A stretch of 64,000 nucleotides of DNA from Eutreptiella sp. 'Long Island Sound 2002' (taxonomy: Eukaryota > Protista > Euglenida): contig OZ038379.1 of the NCBI GenBank assembly GCA_964036045.1, positions 3,906,001 to 3,970,000 on the forward strand. Reading direction: 5' to 3'. Below the pieces are notes generated by a model. The model did no database searches and was not told where the DNA came from. It saw only the letters and a program-made list of their open reading frames with translations. Made by a program: the position numbers and the translations under genes. This document shows, in pieces, positions 23,358-34,900 of the stretch. Within the stretch, counting starts at the first letter, position 1. The number at the start of each line of letters is the position of its first letter.

Positions 23358-24500
23358 TTGCCAGCAGACGGGTCAGGAGGCAGTCGAGGCGATGACGCGC
23401 CTATACACCAACATGACGCTCTCCAGCTGGTCGAAGCGGTGCGTAGATTGGAGGCAGGTGTCGCAGCGGGCTACGCCTCGTCTTACGCGGGAAAAACAGT
23501 GTGTGGGCTCGCGGATGACACCAACAGAGGGTACTTGCAAGAGCTACGCAAGTTCGCACGGCGCATTCGTCAACAGCCCGGGGCAAGCGCGCGAACCAGC
23601 CTCGACGATCAGGTCTTGCACCTTGTCCAAACCACCCAATCTGAATCATCCCCTAAAAAGCTGCTCAGTGGGTTGCGGCTGCTGGAGAAACTACGATGGA
23701 TACCGCAAACAGTCAGTGCCGGGGACTGGCTTGTCGTGCAGGCAATGGAAAAATATCAAGAGAAGCATGGCAAGGTCAGTTCCAAATCCTGGGCCTCAAT
23801 GCGGGGTTTCGCAAGCATGTGCAAATTGGCGCAAACTCCGGCAGACTGGGAACTCTGCGCGATGGCGGCCCTCAGCATGTCCTTCGGCCTCAAGGCGGTC
23901 GAAGCGCTGTCTGTATCCTACGACGGGGGCACAGTCCACTATGCGGGGGCGAAAGGGCGCAGGGGGCGCCACTCAGAAGAGGCGGGCCCCTGGGCCCGCG
24001 AGTGGGGTGAATTTCTGCAAATGTTGCGAGCTCGCCACGGATTCCCCCCCGCAAGATCCGCGTGGTTCCACTCCAGGGCTGCCCTGCACAAAGGCTTCGC
24101 GGAGCTGGTGGGCAGGCCGGAGTCCGATTGCAAGGCACTGCGCTGGCATTCATGGCGCCGGTATGGAGCGGCGCAGCTGCGCCTCCTTGGGGCACCGACG
24201 CAATCGCTGCTACGATGGGGGGGCTGGGCAACGCCGAGTATGCTCAAAGTGTACGCGTATCCGCCCAGCAGTTGGAGTTTCGTCCGAGGTGGTCCGCTGC
24301 CGGTCGCCACGATTGACGAAAGCAAGAACATCACGCTCTCAGAACGGGCGGGTACCACGCTGCAGCTCTGGGCGCCATGGATGCGGGCCGACATCGCAAT
24401 GGCAGAAGAAGCGAAAAGGAGCGCTGTCCGACCTGCTGGGTTGCAACAACGTCCGTCGGCCGGCTCGAAACGACGCCGCACCCGCTCGCAACCGTCGTGA
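23358..24500 (+). CDS. Tyrosine recombinase of the retroelement
   Basis: Open 380-aa frame with HSWRRYGA (H-x-x-R), LRWGGW and MLKVYA (catalytic Tyr). The box-I Arg position reads FGLKAVEAL (K in place of R). The true N-terminus may be frameshifted from the ATG near 23243. Confidence 0.88.
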   Translation: MPADGSGGSRGDDAPIHQHDALQLVEAVRRLEAGVAAGYASSYAGKTVCGLADDTNRGYLQELRKFARRIRQQPGASARTSLDDQVLHLVQTTQSESSPKKLLSGLRLLEKLRWIPQTVSAGDWLVVQAMEKYQEKHGKVSSKSWASMRGFASMCKLAQTPADWELCAMAALSMSFGLKAVEALSVSYDGGTVHYAGAKGRRGRHSEEAGPWAREWGEFLQMLRARHGFPPARSAWFHSRAALHKGFAELVGRPESDCKALRWHSWRRYGAAQLRLLGAPTQSLLRWGGWATPSMLKVYAYPPSSWSFVRGGPLPVATIDESKNITLSERAGTTLQLWAPWMRADIAMAEEAKRSAVRPAGLQQRPSAGSKRRRTRSQPS

Positions 24501-24788
24501 CGGGCGGTGTCGGCGCGGGGGCGGCGAGCACGAGGTCTTGCAGGCAGTGGCGGCGGCGTCTGCGCTGCGTGGCGTAAAGCGTGGCAGGGCAGAAATGGTG
24601 CACGGAGCCCTGCTGGACGTGTTTGCGGCAGTGCAACAAGTGGCAGATGGTGGCGAAGGCAGTCGCGTTCTTTTAAAGGCGCTAAGTTGAGTGATTCAGT
24701 TTGGGTTAGGGGAGGACGAGGAGCAAGTCTATGATCCTTTCTGCCCCCCCCCCCCCCCTCGAAGCCCACATTCAAGCGCGAGCCGGCA

Positions 24789-26200
24789 GTGACAGAAGAC
24801 ATGGCCCGGGCGGGTTTGGGTAAAGCTGGCAGGGCTTCCGTGGCCCGTTCCATATGGAAGAAATGTGTCCCTCCAGATTTACTGGACGTGTATCTCCGGG
24901 CTTTTCGCAGCGGTAGTAGTTTCGCCACCCCTAATTCTAGGTCCGCGAGCAAGCTGCGGAAAATGATGAACTCTGTCCGCCTGGATGCCAACGGCCTGCG
25001 TATTACGGGTCGCCCAGCCTCTGCTCCGGCCTTCTTGCGCTATAAAATCAGAACCAAATGCTGTCTTTTGCTGAACGCCACAAAAATCAACGCGGCCGAT
25101 GACACGAGGCCGCCACGAATCAAACTCCCTTCCCTACAGTTGCTGGCGGAACGTTTGGCCAAGCCGGCCGGAAAGCGTCTCTGGATGGCAAAGCTGGACC
25201 TTACCAACGCCTACTGGTCCATCAGATTGCCAGGGGCGTGGAGAAGGGTGTTTGTGGTGCGGGTGCACGGAAGGGGATGGAGGTACACCCGCCTCCCATT
25301 TGGCTGGAAGTACTCACCTGCGGTCTGTCAGCATCTGGTGCGGGCCCTGGTTAGGTCTGCGGTGCAGGGGCTGCCGGTCCTGACAGATGTATATTTAGAC
25401 GACATTCTAGTCTCAGCGTCCTCTCCCCATTTGGTTTCTCGGGCGTTGCGCAAAATTATAAATAAGTTGCGGTCCGTAGGGTTTATAATAAGCCCAAAGT
25501 CCGAAACTACACCATCCCAGCGACTCACCTTCATCGGTAAGCACATCGACTCGCGCCAGGCATCCATCGCCAATAGTCCGGAGGCAATAGCAGCAGCGCT
25601 ACGCATCTGGCTACGGGGGCTGGGGAGGGGGGGGGGGGGTCCCCCCACGAGCTCTCGCGTTTGCTGGGCCGCCTGCAATGGCTGGCCAGACCAGGGGTGG
25701 GTGCTGCCCCCTTTTTGGCAGGGGCTTACCGGCAGATCGGTGCGGGTCGAAGCCACTTCACCAGGGCGTTGGCCCGGTCGCTGGGTAATGTGATTGCCTT
25801 CTCCGCCCCCCCCCCCTACGCATCTCCCGGCGCCGCACCTCGGTCTTTTTCAGCGACGCAGCACAGGCGCCAGGAGGTTTCCGCATGGGTGTGGTGGGCA
25901 GCCCAGGGTGCTATCGCACGCGCATGTGCCCGTCGTGGATCACCTCCCTGCAGCAAGCTGAGTTGTATGCGGCGTATTGGGCCACTCAAATAGCCGTCTA
26001 CAAAGGGGCGCGATCGGTGACGGTTGGTCCAGATAATGACGCCGCCCGGGCGCAGCTGAGTGCCTTGTCGGCAAGTGTGGCTTGTGTGAATCAGCTACGT
26101 GTTTTGAGGAGAATGTTTTGGCTCCAGGCGTGGAGTCATGTTGAGCCCTCTTTCTTCAGGGTAGACTCGGCACTCAACCGATCCCCTGAGCCGAATCCAG
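24789..26200 (+). pseudogene. Reverse transcriptase + RNase H of the retroelement, with frameshifts after the RT core
   Basis: RT motifs KLDLTNAYW, LPFGWKYSP, VYLDDILV and TFIGKHID in ORF 24789-25793. RNase H motifs FSDAA, LQQAELYAA, GPDN and RVDSALN lie in the frame of ORF 25885-26310. One shift coincides with the G/C homopolymer at ~25628-25647 and could be an assembly error. Confidence 0.88.
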
Positions 26201-26829
26201 GATTTCCCACGGTGGGCACATGTCGCGGCGGCCGCCGAGCGCCGCCGAAAATCGTGGGGCATGAATCTGGGGCAGTTTGGTGGTTTCTCCCCCTCTCGTC
26301 CTTCCACTAGGGTGGCGCGGTAGCGCGGAGCTCACACAGGGCTCGCATTCGCTCGCTGTAGTGCAGAAGAAGATATGATGATTTGAGGCCTACTCCTGCG
26401 TGACATGCTTGTTGGGGCGCATCGAGGAGCGACAGGGGAAGCAACGCGCTCGCGCTGCGGAGACCACGGAATTGTAATTCCGCAGGAACGGAAGTTCCGT
26501 GCGTCGGAGTAGGGCGGGCGGGGGTGGCATGCAGGATATAATATCTCCCCGCCCCTGCTCTTCAGTCGAATTTGTTTGTGCCCTCCTTTCTCTGTTCCTC
26601 CCCACCCACCCGCCCATGTGGTATCTGAGTCCGAGGCAGCGTCGCCTCGGGAATCACACACTCTAGAAGGACCTTCATCTTCGTACTCTTGCTGGGAATG
26701 TTGTACAGAAGAAGTTGTGCAGAAGAAGGTATGATGTTTTGAGGCCTACTCCTGCGTGACATGCTTGTTGGGGCGCGTCGAGGAGCGATAGGGGAAGCAA
26801 CGCGCCCGCGCTGCGGAGACCACGGAACT

Positions 26830-26990
26830 TGCATGGGAGGACAGTGACGACATAGATGTTATGGGTGACAATGGAGATGTATGTGTATTTTGTTACAACA
26901 AATCTGACCTTGAGAAGTTGACCATGTATGATAAGTGTCAGGCAACATATTGTAATGATTTCATTCACAAGTACACATCTAAAAAGGTCA
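26830..26990 (+). pseudogene. Acidic + CxxC...CxxxxC..H (B-box-like) fragment related to the Harbinger transposase tail
   Basis: WEDSDDIDVMGDNGDVCVFCYNK...YDKCQATYCNDFIHKY parallels EDEVEVCVLCCQK...CEECKEHYCT..IDTH at ~19440-19560 and ~29255-29355. Confidence 0.45.
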
Positions 26991-27274
26991 CCGTGGGCTT
27001 TTCGCAACATGTGGGTGTCCACTTGGGAGTCTTGGAGAGTATGTTAGCACACCGGGCACATAGGGCAAACTTTTCTCTTATCTTCCCTCAATTCCCCCCA
27101 TTTTTCCGCATTTTTTGTCCCCGTGTTGGGGAAACATTGTTGTTTGAAAATGGCTATTTTGATGCTTCTTTCATATTGGGGATATTGTATATTTGGATTT
27201 TCACCCACTTTCGCCAGTTTTCACACATTTTTTGTTCATTTCCACCACAATTATTCTTTTCTAGGTTGATTTAT

Positions 27275-27535
27275 CCCCACCATGGGGACCCCGAGAAGAC
27301 ACGGGTGAGGGTGATGTAGCCATATTCATCTTTCCCCACCATGGGGACCCCAAGAAGGCAGGGGTGATGTAGCCATATTGATCTCTCCCCACCATGGGGA
27401 CCCCGAGAAGGTAGGGGTGATGTAGCCATATTGATCTCTCCCCACTATGGGGACCTGGAGAAGGCAAGGGTAATGTAGCCATATTGATCTTTCCCCACCA
27501 TGGGGACCCGAGAAGGCAGGGGTGATGTAACCATT
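27275..27535. repeat. Minisatellite, 53-bp unit x5
   Basis: ccccac(c/t)atggggacc..gagaagg..ggg(t)gatgtagccatatt starts at ~27275, 27334, 27387, 27440 and 27493. Confidence 0.92.
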
Positions 27536-27889
27536 CCGACCACATGTGGGCTCCCGAGACAGCAGAGGTCAAGCAATCAACTGCTGAGTGACAAAGGAAG
27601 CCGAAGTACGTACGCCGTGCGCTTCTGGGGACAGTGTTAAGGAAGTACCTTCGGGGAACCCAAGGCCGTGCTAACCTATGCTTCGGTGGTTTCGGTACCT
27701 ATGGGGAACCTAACCGTCGTTTGTCTTCGATCCAACCTTCCAGTGCTATTGAGGAAACTGGGCCAACCTTCGTTCCGTTTTTACGTTGCATTGCGTTGTG
27801 TTGCCAATTGTGTGCAATAAGTGATGCAAGGGACAGTTCATCTGCTTGTACATGGGTTGGGAAAAGGACAACCAAGGCGGTATGACGGT

Positions 27890-28380
27890 GATACATCGTG
27901 GGGGCTCATATGGGATGGTTATGGTCCGTCACCCATGAGAGGGGAATTCTTTGATTTTGAGGTGGGCGGCCATGATGGGGCCTGCAAGGGTAGGATGCAT
28001 GTGATAGTCCCATTTGCTGAGCGAAAAAATGGGAATTTGAGTAACCGCCAACAATCATACAATGATGTGCACGGCTGGTATAGTGCAAGGATTGAACAGT
28101 TGTTTTGCCATTTGTGGCATTGGGCTTTGGTGAGGAAGGTTTGGCGTGGCAGTGCAGATCAGTTGCACCACAGTGTGCGGGTGTTTTTGCATTTCGCCCA
28201 GTTTGCACCAAGAGGCAAGTACGGTATAAGCCTTATGGTCCATGGGACCATGTGCCGCCACATGTTTGGGCGATTGTTGATGACCCAAGCACTGCCTCAC
28301 GAGATAATTGTGATGAAGGTGATGAAGACGTTTGTGCTTTGTGTTGTCACAAACGTACCACCACATTGTCCGGCTAGTCC
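27890..28380 (+). pseudogene. Harbinger/ISL2EU-type transposase remnant, copy 3 (no TIRs seen)
   Basis: LIWDGYGPSPMRGEFFDFEVGGHDGACKG..VPF..YNDVHGWYSARIEQLF aligns with 19230-19430. After a frameshift it continues KRQVRYKPYGPWDHVPPHVW...EDVCALCCHK. Confidence 0.8.
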
Positions 28381-28755
28381 ACCAGCAAAAAGGGTAAACA
28401 TTACACGTAGGTTCGTAGGACAGGGAGGACACAATCTAGCATTCTTCGGTGGTGTTCATACAAAACGAGCCAGGGGCCTGGTTGGCCGAATGAGTGCCAG
28501 CATTGCAAGCTGAAACCCACTATTGTGCAAAGCGCAACATGAACAATGTCTGCACCTGAGTACTGTGTGTCGCGTCGATCGCAACTTGGGGGGCTGGAGT
28601 AGCTGGAAAAACCTCGTGATTCGGCCACCACCGTTTGTGGGCAGTGTAATGAGAGGTATCGCGCTGAATGTATTGACCCCCACACTTGTGGAGATGAAGT
28701 TGTGCATGTTGCAGCATAATTTTGTAATGTTTCTTTACATCAGTGACCTTCCCGT

Positions 28756-29574
28756 GGGGGAACGTTAGCGCGCCGGGCATATTTTTGGACCCGTGCCCCA
28801 CCGGTGGCCTTTTAGGGCGTGCACTAAGGGGGCGCACTTAGCGCAGTGCTGCTATTTGGGCATCTAGCTGTACTAGAGACCCATACTTTGAGATACTAGG
28901 GGCATCATTGTGACCCCTAGCGTAGGTTTTGACTTCTGATTTTGTCCCCTTTGTTGGGGACCCCCGAGAATGCAGGGGTGACGAAGCAATTCTGCCCTCT
29001 TTTGGGCCCCAACCTTCCGGTGCTATTGAGGAAGCCGGGATAATCTCTGAATCCACGCTTTGTTGCGTGGCCCCTTGAGTTGGGGTTAGGGACTCGCAAT
29101 CCACCAGTCAGTCCGTATCTTGTTGCATTTTGCACAATTTTGCATCCGGAGGCAAGTCCGTCACCCCCCCCTACGGACCATGGGAGCCTGTCCCGCCTCA
29201 TGTTTGGACTGACCAAAGCAACTCGGCTGCCACGCAAGATGACACAGAGGATGAGGTAGAAGTGTGTGTGTTGTGTTGCCAGAAGCGCTCCACCGTTGCA
29301 GTTTGTGAGGAGTGTAAGGAGCACTATTGTACTTAATGTGTTGACACCCACACTTGTGGGACCAATGTTGTTTGTTAAGTACAATACAAATGACATTTGG
29401 AGTTGTTGAATTCATAGCTATTGCTTTATTATGCAACGTGCTTTGTAGTGAAGGTGTGCAGTGCAATGTGGTCTACTTGGGGGGCTTCTCCATGAGAGGG
29501 TAAATCTGGGGCTGAATTCGGGATAGTCAATAGAAAAGTAGCGCGCCGGGCGCGCGCCGGGCAAACATTCCCCC
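28756..29574 (+). mobile_element. Internally deleted Harbinger/ISL2EU-type transposon, copy 2 (819 bp)
   Basis: Same TIRs and GCGCGCCGGG subterminal motifs as 19090-19869. Flanks CGT/CAT could be a 3-bp TSD with one CpG-type change. It carries the PYGPWEPVPPHVW...VCVLCCQK..CEECKEHYC tail. Confidence 0.78.
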
Positions 29575-31990
29575 CATGTTACAATACACCCTATATTATT
29601 TCCTTGGAACACAAGCCTAGGAAGGCATTACAATTGTGGAATAACAATGCATGAAAGGTTCCTTGTCCACCTGCATTTGTGTTTTGTTGTGTCATTTGTG
29701 CTTGGGGTTATTGGGCTAGAGGAGGGAGTGATATTTAGTGGTAAAGTATTGGGATGGACAACTGGGACATTGATTTGGATGCCACGCGCGCCGAGCGTGC
29801 GCTGGGCAAACGTGCCCTCTCGCAATCATAATGTGGTGGACTAGTGGACTAGGGCCACTAACAATACCTCTACCACACAGCATGTCTCCGCATTCTATAT
29901 TCTACAGCCCTTTGGTGACCGGTTGCCACCGGGTTTCGGCACCCAGCTACGGGAATAAGTGGCGTGGCACCAATACTATGTCCTAGTGGGGGTCCGGATA
30001 CTCCAAGGGAACCTCACCATGCCGCCGCGCCACGTTGGTTCTTGTTGTCACCTCCACAAACATGTTGGCGTGGTTGCGGCCCTACGTAGTCGAGCCCAAC
30101 CCTACTAACGTTGGCCCACGCCAGCAGGTGAGGTACACCCCAACACGCATCAAACAGGGTAAAGGAGCCACATCCTATGACCGAAGAGTGTTTGTGTGCC
30201 AAGCCCAGCACACCCTGCCACAACCATTGGGGTACTATACCAAGGCGTGGATGGGGTGCTACCTAGATACTCACTTTTGGGACTCTTCAAACTACCCCGC
30301 TACCCAACAGGTATTGCAATACTTGGCCTAGCCCTTGGTTCAACACTACCGGAGCATGATGTTGCAGGACACCCTCCGCAGTGGAATGAGGTTGGGCAAC
30401 GATCTCCTCCGGCAACACCATACCTCAATCATGGCCCTCAAGTAGGCGGTGCAGTGGCTCCAACTTCTGGTGCAGGCGAAATCGCCACACTTACTAGGCA
30501 GAGCGCTACCACCTCATGCGCAGTTTGTGGGTGGTGGGTAGGACACATATGTCATGTGTGGCGCAACCCATCACCAAAGCGAGTCTGCCAGCATCATATG
30601 GAGTCCTACGAAACGGCGTGCCGGGCATCCTTGGACCAAAAGTCACCTCCAAAACGTCGCATTATTTGTCACCTCTATATGTTTCATGTGGGAGAGCAGT
30701 GCATGCTAAAGTGCACAGGCAAGCTACGGAGTTGCATTGAGCACGGCACATGAGATAGAGAAGCACCGTCGTGACCTACGTCAACCCGTGTGCCCCAGCA
30801 ACAAGGTGCCACGAGCCAACAACACATCGTCACTGCCTTTGTACGCCTTGTTTGAGGGAGCGCAGCCTCTTGCTGCAGTAGAGAGCATCATGATGTGTAC
30901 CATGTGAGTTATGGGTCAGTGCCTTGTGCCATGGTCTCGCTAGGGATCTAGTGTATCACATCAGTCCAATACCCCCTTTCCAAGACTGTCTTGAGTACTT
31001 TACTTTACACAAGTTTGAGGCAGCCCCGAAAAAAAAAAAGCATGCTTTGTTTGCACAGTTTTTTCTACCATGGAATTTGCTTGTTCCGTTGTACGGGTGA
31101 CCCATGAAGATCAATTTTGTTTTTGGTAATTCGGGGCTGGGGGATGGTATTTTGGGGATGCTGATTACTGTCCTGCCACCCAGTTTCACCCCTTCTTCTT
31201 CTGAGGTGGAAATTAGGGAATCACCTGACGACTAGTACATTCATGACACAATGGTTGCTTCTTGTGTCTTCTCACGGTGCACGTGAACAACCCCCTTGTC
31301 AGAGCAACAGAGGTGTTGTTTCTGTCAAATTCAGTGTGTATACTGTTGCTCTCACACGGGAGGGGGGGGGGTGTCACTACTTATGTTTGCTGGCTGGTGG
31401 TTTCTATTGGTTGTTTCTCCTATGTGGTATCGCCATTCAACATTAGCTCTATGCACAGGTGAAGAATCTGATGCATAGTTGTGTGTGTGCATGTGTGCAT
31501 GCATGGCTGGTGCGTAAGCAGGCCCACCATCACCGTTTCAAGAAACCCCTACTTCTCCCAATCAACACTTGTGTCTCGTCATTCACACAAGCGTCCGGTG
31601 TTTTCACTCACGCAGCACCCTGCCCCCCCCCCCCATTATGCATTGTGGTGCACGCTTCTGTTGTGACAAATATTGAATAATCCACTTTTTTGTACATGCA
31701 AACCAGATGGGGGTGTGAAGATTCTCATGAAAACCTGAACAGGGCCAGAGTTGGGGGGTGGGGGGCAGGAGGGCAGGATCCTGTACTTTGTTTGAAACCT
31801 CCCATATGCCCCTGCCCCTGCCCCCCTGTGGGCGGGGACATCCAGCATCAGTTACCCACCACAATTGTGCCCCCATGGGGAGCTCGTGGGTGGGTGGGTC
31901 CAGCTTCACCCCGTCCAACCCCCATCACTAGGAAAAGGCTTGATGCAGCCCACACCCCATCTAATCAGTCAACGGTGTTTTCGACATCCA

Positions 31991-34900
31991 ATGGGTCCCT
32001 CAATCAAAGTTGAAGGGTTCAAAGCGGAAGAGCCCAAAGCCCCAATCGAAGCAGAAGGGCTGTCCCCCTTTGAGTTGGAGCGCTTGGCCACCATGGCCCG
32101 CAACAAGACCGTCCTCGCGGACCTTGGCCTGGCTGGCCCCAGCCCCATCGCATTGCATCAAGAAGCGAAGCAGCGACAGCGGCTCGAGAAGCGTGTGTCG
32201 AACTCCAAGAAGCGTAAGAACGAGTCCACTGAATCGGACGCTCCGGCACGTCGATCCAGGCGACTGCAAGGCACTACAGTCAACTACACCGAGGTCCACA
32301 AACTGACTGACATGCTCGATTTCTGCGAGACCCGCATGGGCAACCGAGCTCCAAAGGCCGCGAAAGGCAAGAAAGGTGTGGTTGCGCCAGGTGGGTGGCT
32401 GGGCCCCACACCTGTTGGCCCTGTGGCAGTCAGAGTTCCTGATCGGGTGGTGCCCCCCCCTCAAGGGGCCTCCGGCCGACAGTTAGTTGGGGGGGTAGTT
32501 GGCGTCCAAAACCGAGGGGTCGCCCCCCCCCCCCCCGGGGGTTGAGGTAGGTGCCCCCCTGCCCAAGTCACTCCTTGTCTAACTCGGGACCCCTTCGGAT
32601 TCAGGACTGCTTATAGAATGCATTGAAAGGGACAGGACGTGTGTGCACTGCTGGTGGTCCGCTGCTGTGGCACACATGTCCTGCGGCTGTCTGGCACCCT
32701 TAGTGCCTGCCTCTCCCAAACTTGCACCAGAATGACAGACGCGGGGCACCAAGAAGAGTAGCCCAAGGGTTAGGACTCGTTAGGTCGCGCGCACAACTCG
32801 CGCGCGCGCGCCGGCACACACAGAGCGATACGCCCCCCAAATACACCTACGCCTACAACCACACCCACACTGGATGTGTGGCCAGTCCACACGAACGTTG
32901 GTGAACGATCGATTCCCATGCTCTCATCCTGTGGCAGGTAAAAAGGACCCGGCCCTATGCGGCGACAGTGACGGCGAAGAGCTGCTCGTGACGATCAACG
33001 CCGAGCCCATGAGCGAGGAAGAGGTGGAGTATTGGAGGCGGCTGAGTGAAACCCCCAACATCCACACAAGCATGCCCGAGGAGGTGAAGAAGCGGGGCAC
33101 GGGGTCAGTCATTGTGGAGGGCCATGAGAAGCACAATTTCTTCGGCCGTGGCCCCGAATGGGGTAAGTCCAAAGTTTACACGACCGCCGTCACTGCAAGC
33201 GTATGTTTGCTGTGCATCCCCCACTTTCCAAGGGGGGGGTGTTTGGAATGGCATCTGAGTGTAAGCATGCATGTGTGTGCGCGCCTGTGTGCGTGCGTGT
33301 CGCGCCTCCTCTCTTTTGTGTTGTGACAGTATACCATTAGCTCCCCCTAATGCCCAGTTGCCTCAATGATGCATAGGGGATGGGGTATGCAGGGCTGGGG
33401 TTTCATCAGGGCTGTGCTGTCACTCAGAGGCCCTTAGCGCCTGCTCTTTATCACTCTCCATGTGTCTGGCCTGACGGGACGTTGAAGCTGTCCAGTGCAG
33501 TGCCCTGTTGCCTTCCGTGTGCAAAGCAGCCAGCCCTACATGCCACATGCTGCCTTGTGTAATCCTACCGGCAACCTACTCAGTGTGCAGTCAGTGAAAT
33601 ATGGACGGCTCACTATGGGAGGTACCCTTGCATGTCATGCCTACAGCTGTGGTCTTTCTGCCTTGAAACGTTTCCGAAAATGGCTTGGAACCCCCCCAGT
33701 ATGATGGGGCAGCTATTGGTTGCTGGCTGAATGCATTTATGAGGTTGACAACCGAAATTGCCTCTGAAGATAGTATGCACGAAGCCGCCCCCCCCCTACC
33801 TCCCCCCCCTACCTACCCCCTACCTCCCCCCCCTACCCCCCCCCCCCTACCTCCCCCCCCTACCTTCGGCTCGCTTCGCTCGACGTGGGGGCCAGCCCCC
33901 GCACCCCCCTTAAATAACATGACTCCTGCGGTGGCCACAGGCCGCCTTTTGTGTGTTCCGCCTTGTGTGTGCACCGCCTTCTGTGTGTACCGCCTTGCCT
34001 GTGGCCCCTTAAATAACAAGACTCCTGCGGTGGCTACAGACCGCCTTTTGTGTGTTCCGCCTTGTGTGTGCACCGCCTTCTGTATGCACCGCCTTGCCTG
34101 TGGCCCCTTAAATAACAAGACTCCTGCGGTGGCTACAAACCGCCTTTTGTGTGTTCCGCCTTTTGTGTGTTCCGCCTTGTGTGTGCACCGCCTTCTGTGT
34201 GTACCGCCTTGCCTGTGGCCCCTTAAATAACAAGACTCCTGCGGTGGCTATAGACCGCCTTTTGTGTGTTCCGCCTTCTGTGTGCACCGCCTTCTGTGTG
34301 CACCGCCTTGCCTGTGATGCCAGCCCCCCGGGGGCTCCATTCACCCACATGTGTTTTAGAATCGACCTGTGCCGGCTTATCACCGCCAAATTGCATCTTT
34401 TCTCAGTGGGTGGCAAGGAGGTTGGCACTGGGGTTCTTCCATATTCCACGCCACGGATAATCACATGCATGTTGCCTTAGTGATTGGGTGATTGGGGTGC
34501 ACAGCACGTTCCAAACGCCATCGCCATCATTGCCACTGATTTTGTCTCTTTCGGCCATTTGTTTTACACCAAGTGTCTGGGTATCAGTTTGTGTGTGTGC
34601 TGCCCTTGTCATCTACCTGGCAATATCACCCTGCAAAGCTACTTCGCTTTTATGGTTCACCCCTCCCCTGCTCCGTGCCAAGCCGCCCCTGCTTTTGCCC
34701 CTAAAGGCAAAATGCCTGCACACCGCTGACGTCTAACATTTGGTGATCCAGAAGCCCCTGGCCCTGCGTTACATTTTCCATCATTGGTGGTGGTGAGCAC
34801 CTCCCAAACTTCTCTGTCATGGGAATGATCGAATGTGAAGCGCTGGGGGACGCCCCGGGGCTGAAGCAGCACTTGTGAGCGGAGGGACAACTGTCCCACT

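Larger units (their letters stand above)
21900..26827 (+). mobile_element. Tyrosine-recombinase (YR) retrotransposon, gag-YR-RT/RH order, split direct repeats
   Basis: A repeat of 123 bp at 21900-22022 and 26478-26600. B repeat of 111 bp at 26361-26471 and 26717-26827. Internal gag-, YR-, RT- and RNase H-like frames. No TSD. Confidence 0.92.

Noticed and set aside
23140-24991. 516-aa and 350-aa ORFs overlapping the YR frame
   Set aside because: Arg/Ala/Pro-rich with no motifs, as expected in GC-rich DNA. Overlapping ORFs do occur in YR elements, so they are not fully excluded.
27275-27535. Regularly spaced repeats resembling a CRISPR array (also 33910-34315 and 38360-39340)
   Set aside because: The units are contiguous tandem copies with no unique spacers, there are no cas genes, and the context is eukaryotic.
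30035-30753. Possible MYST-like (LGYYTKAW) and Cys/His finger fragments
   Set aside because: The motif similarity is too short and I could not build a splice-consistent model.
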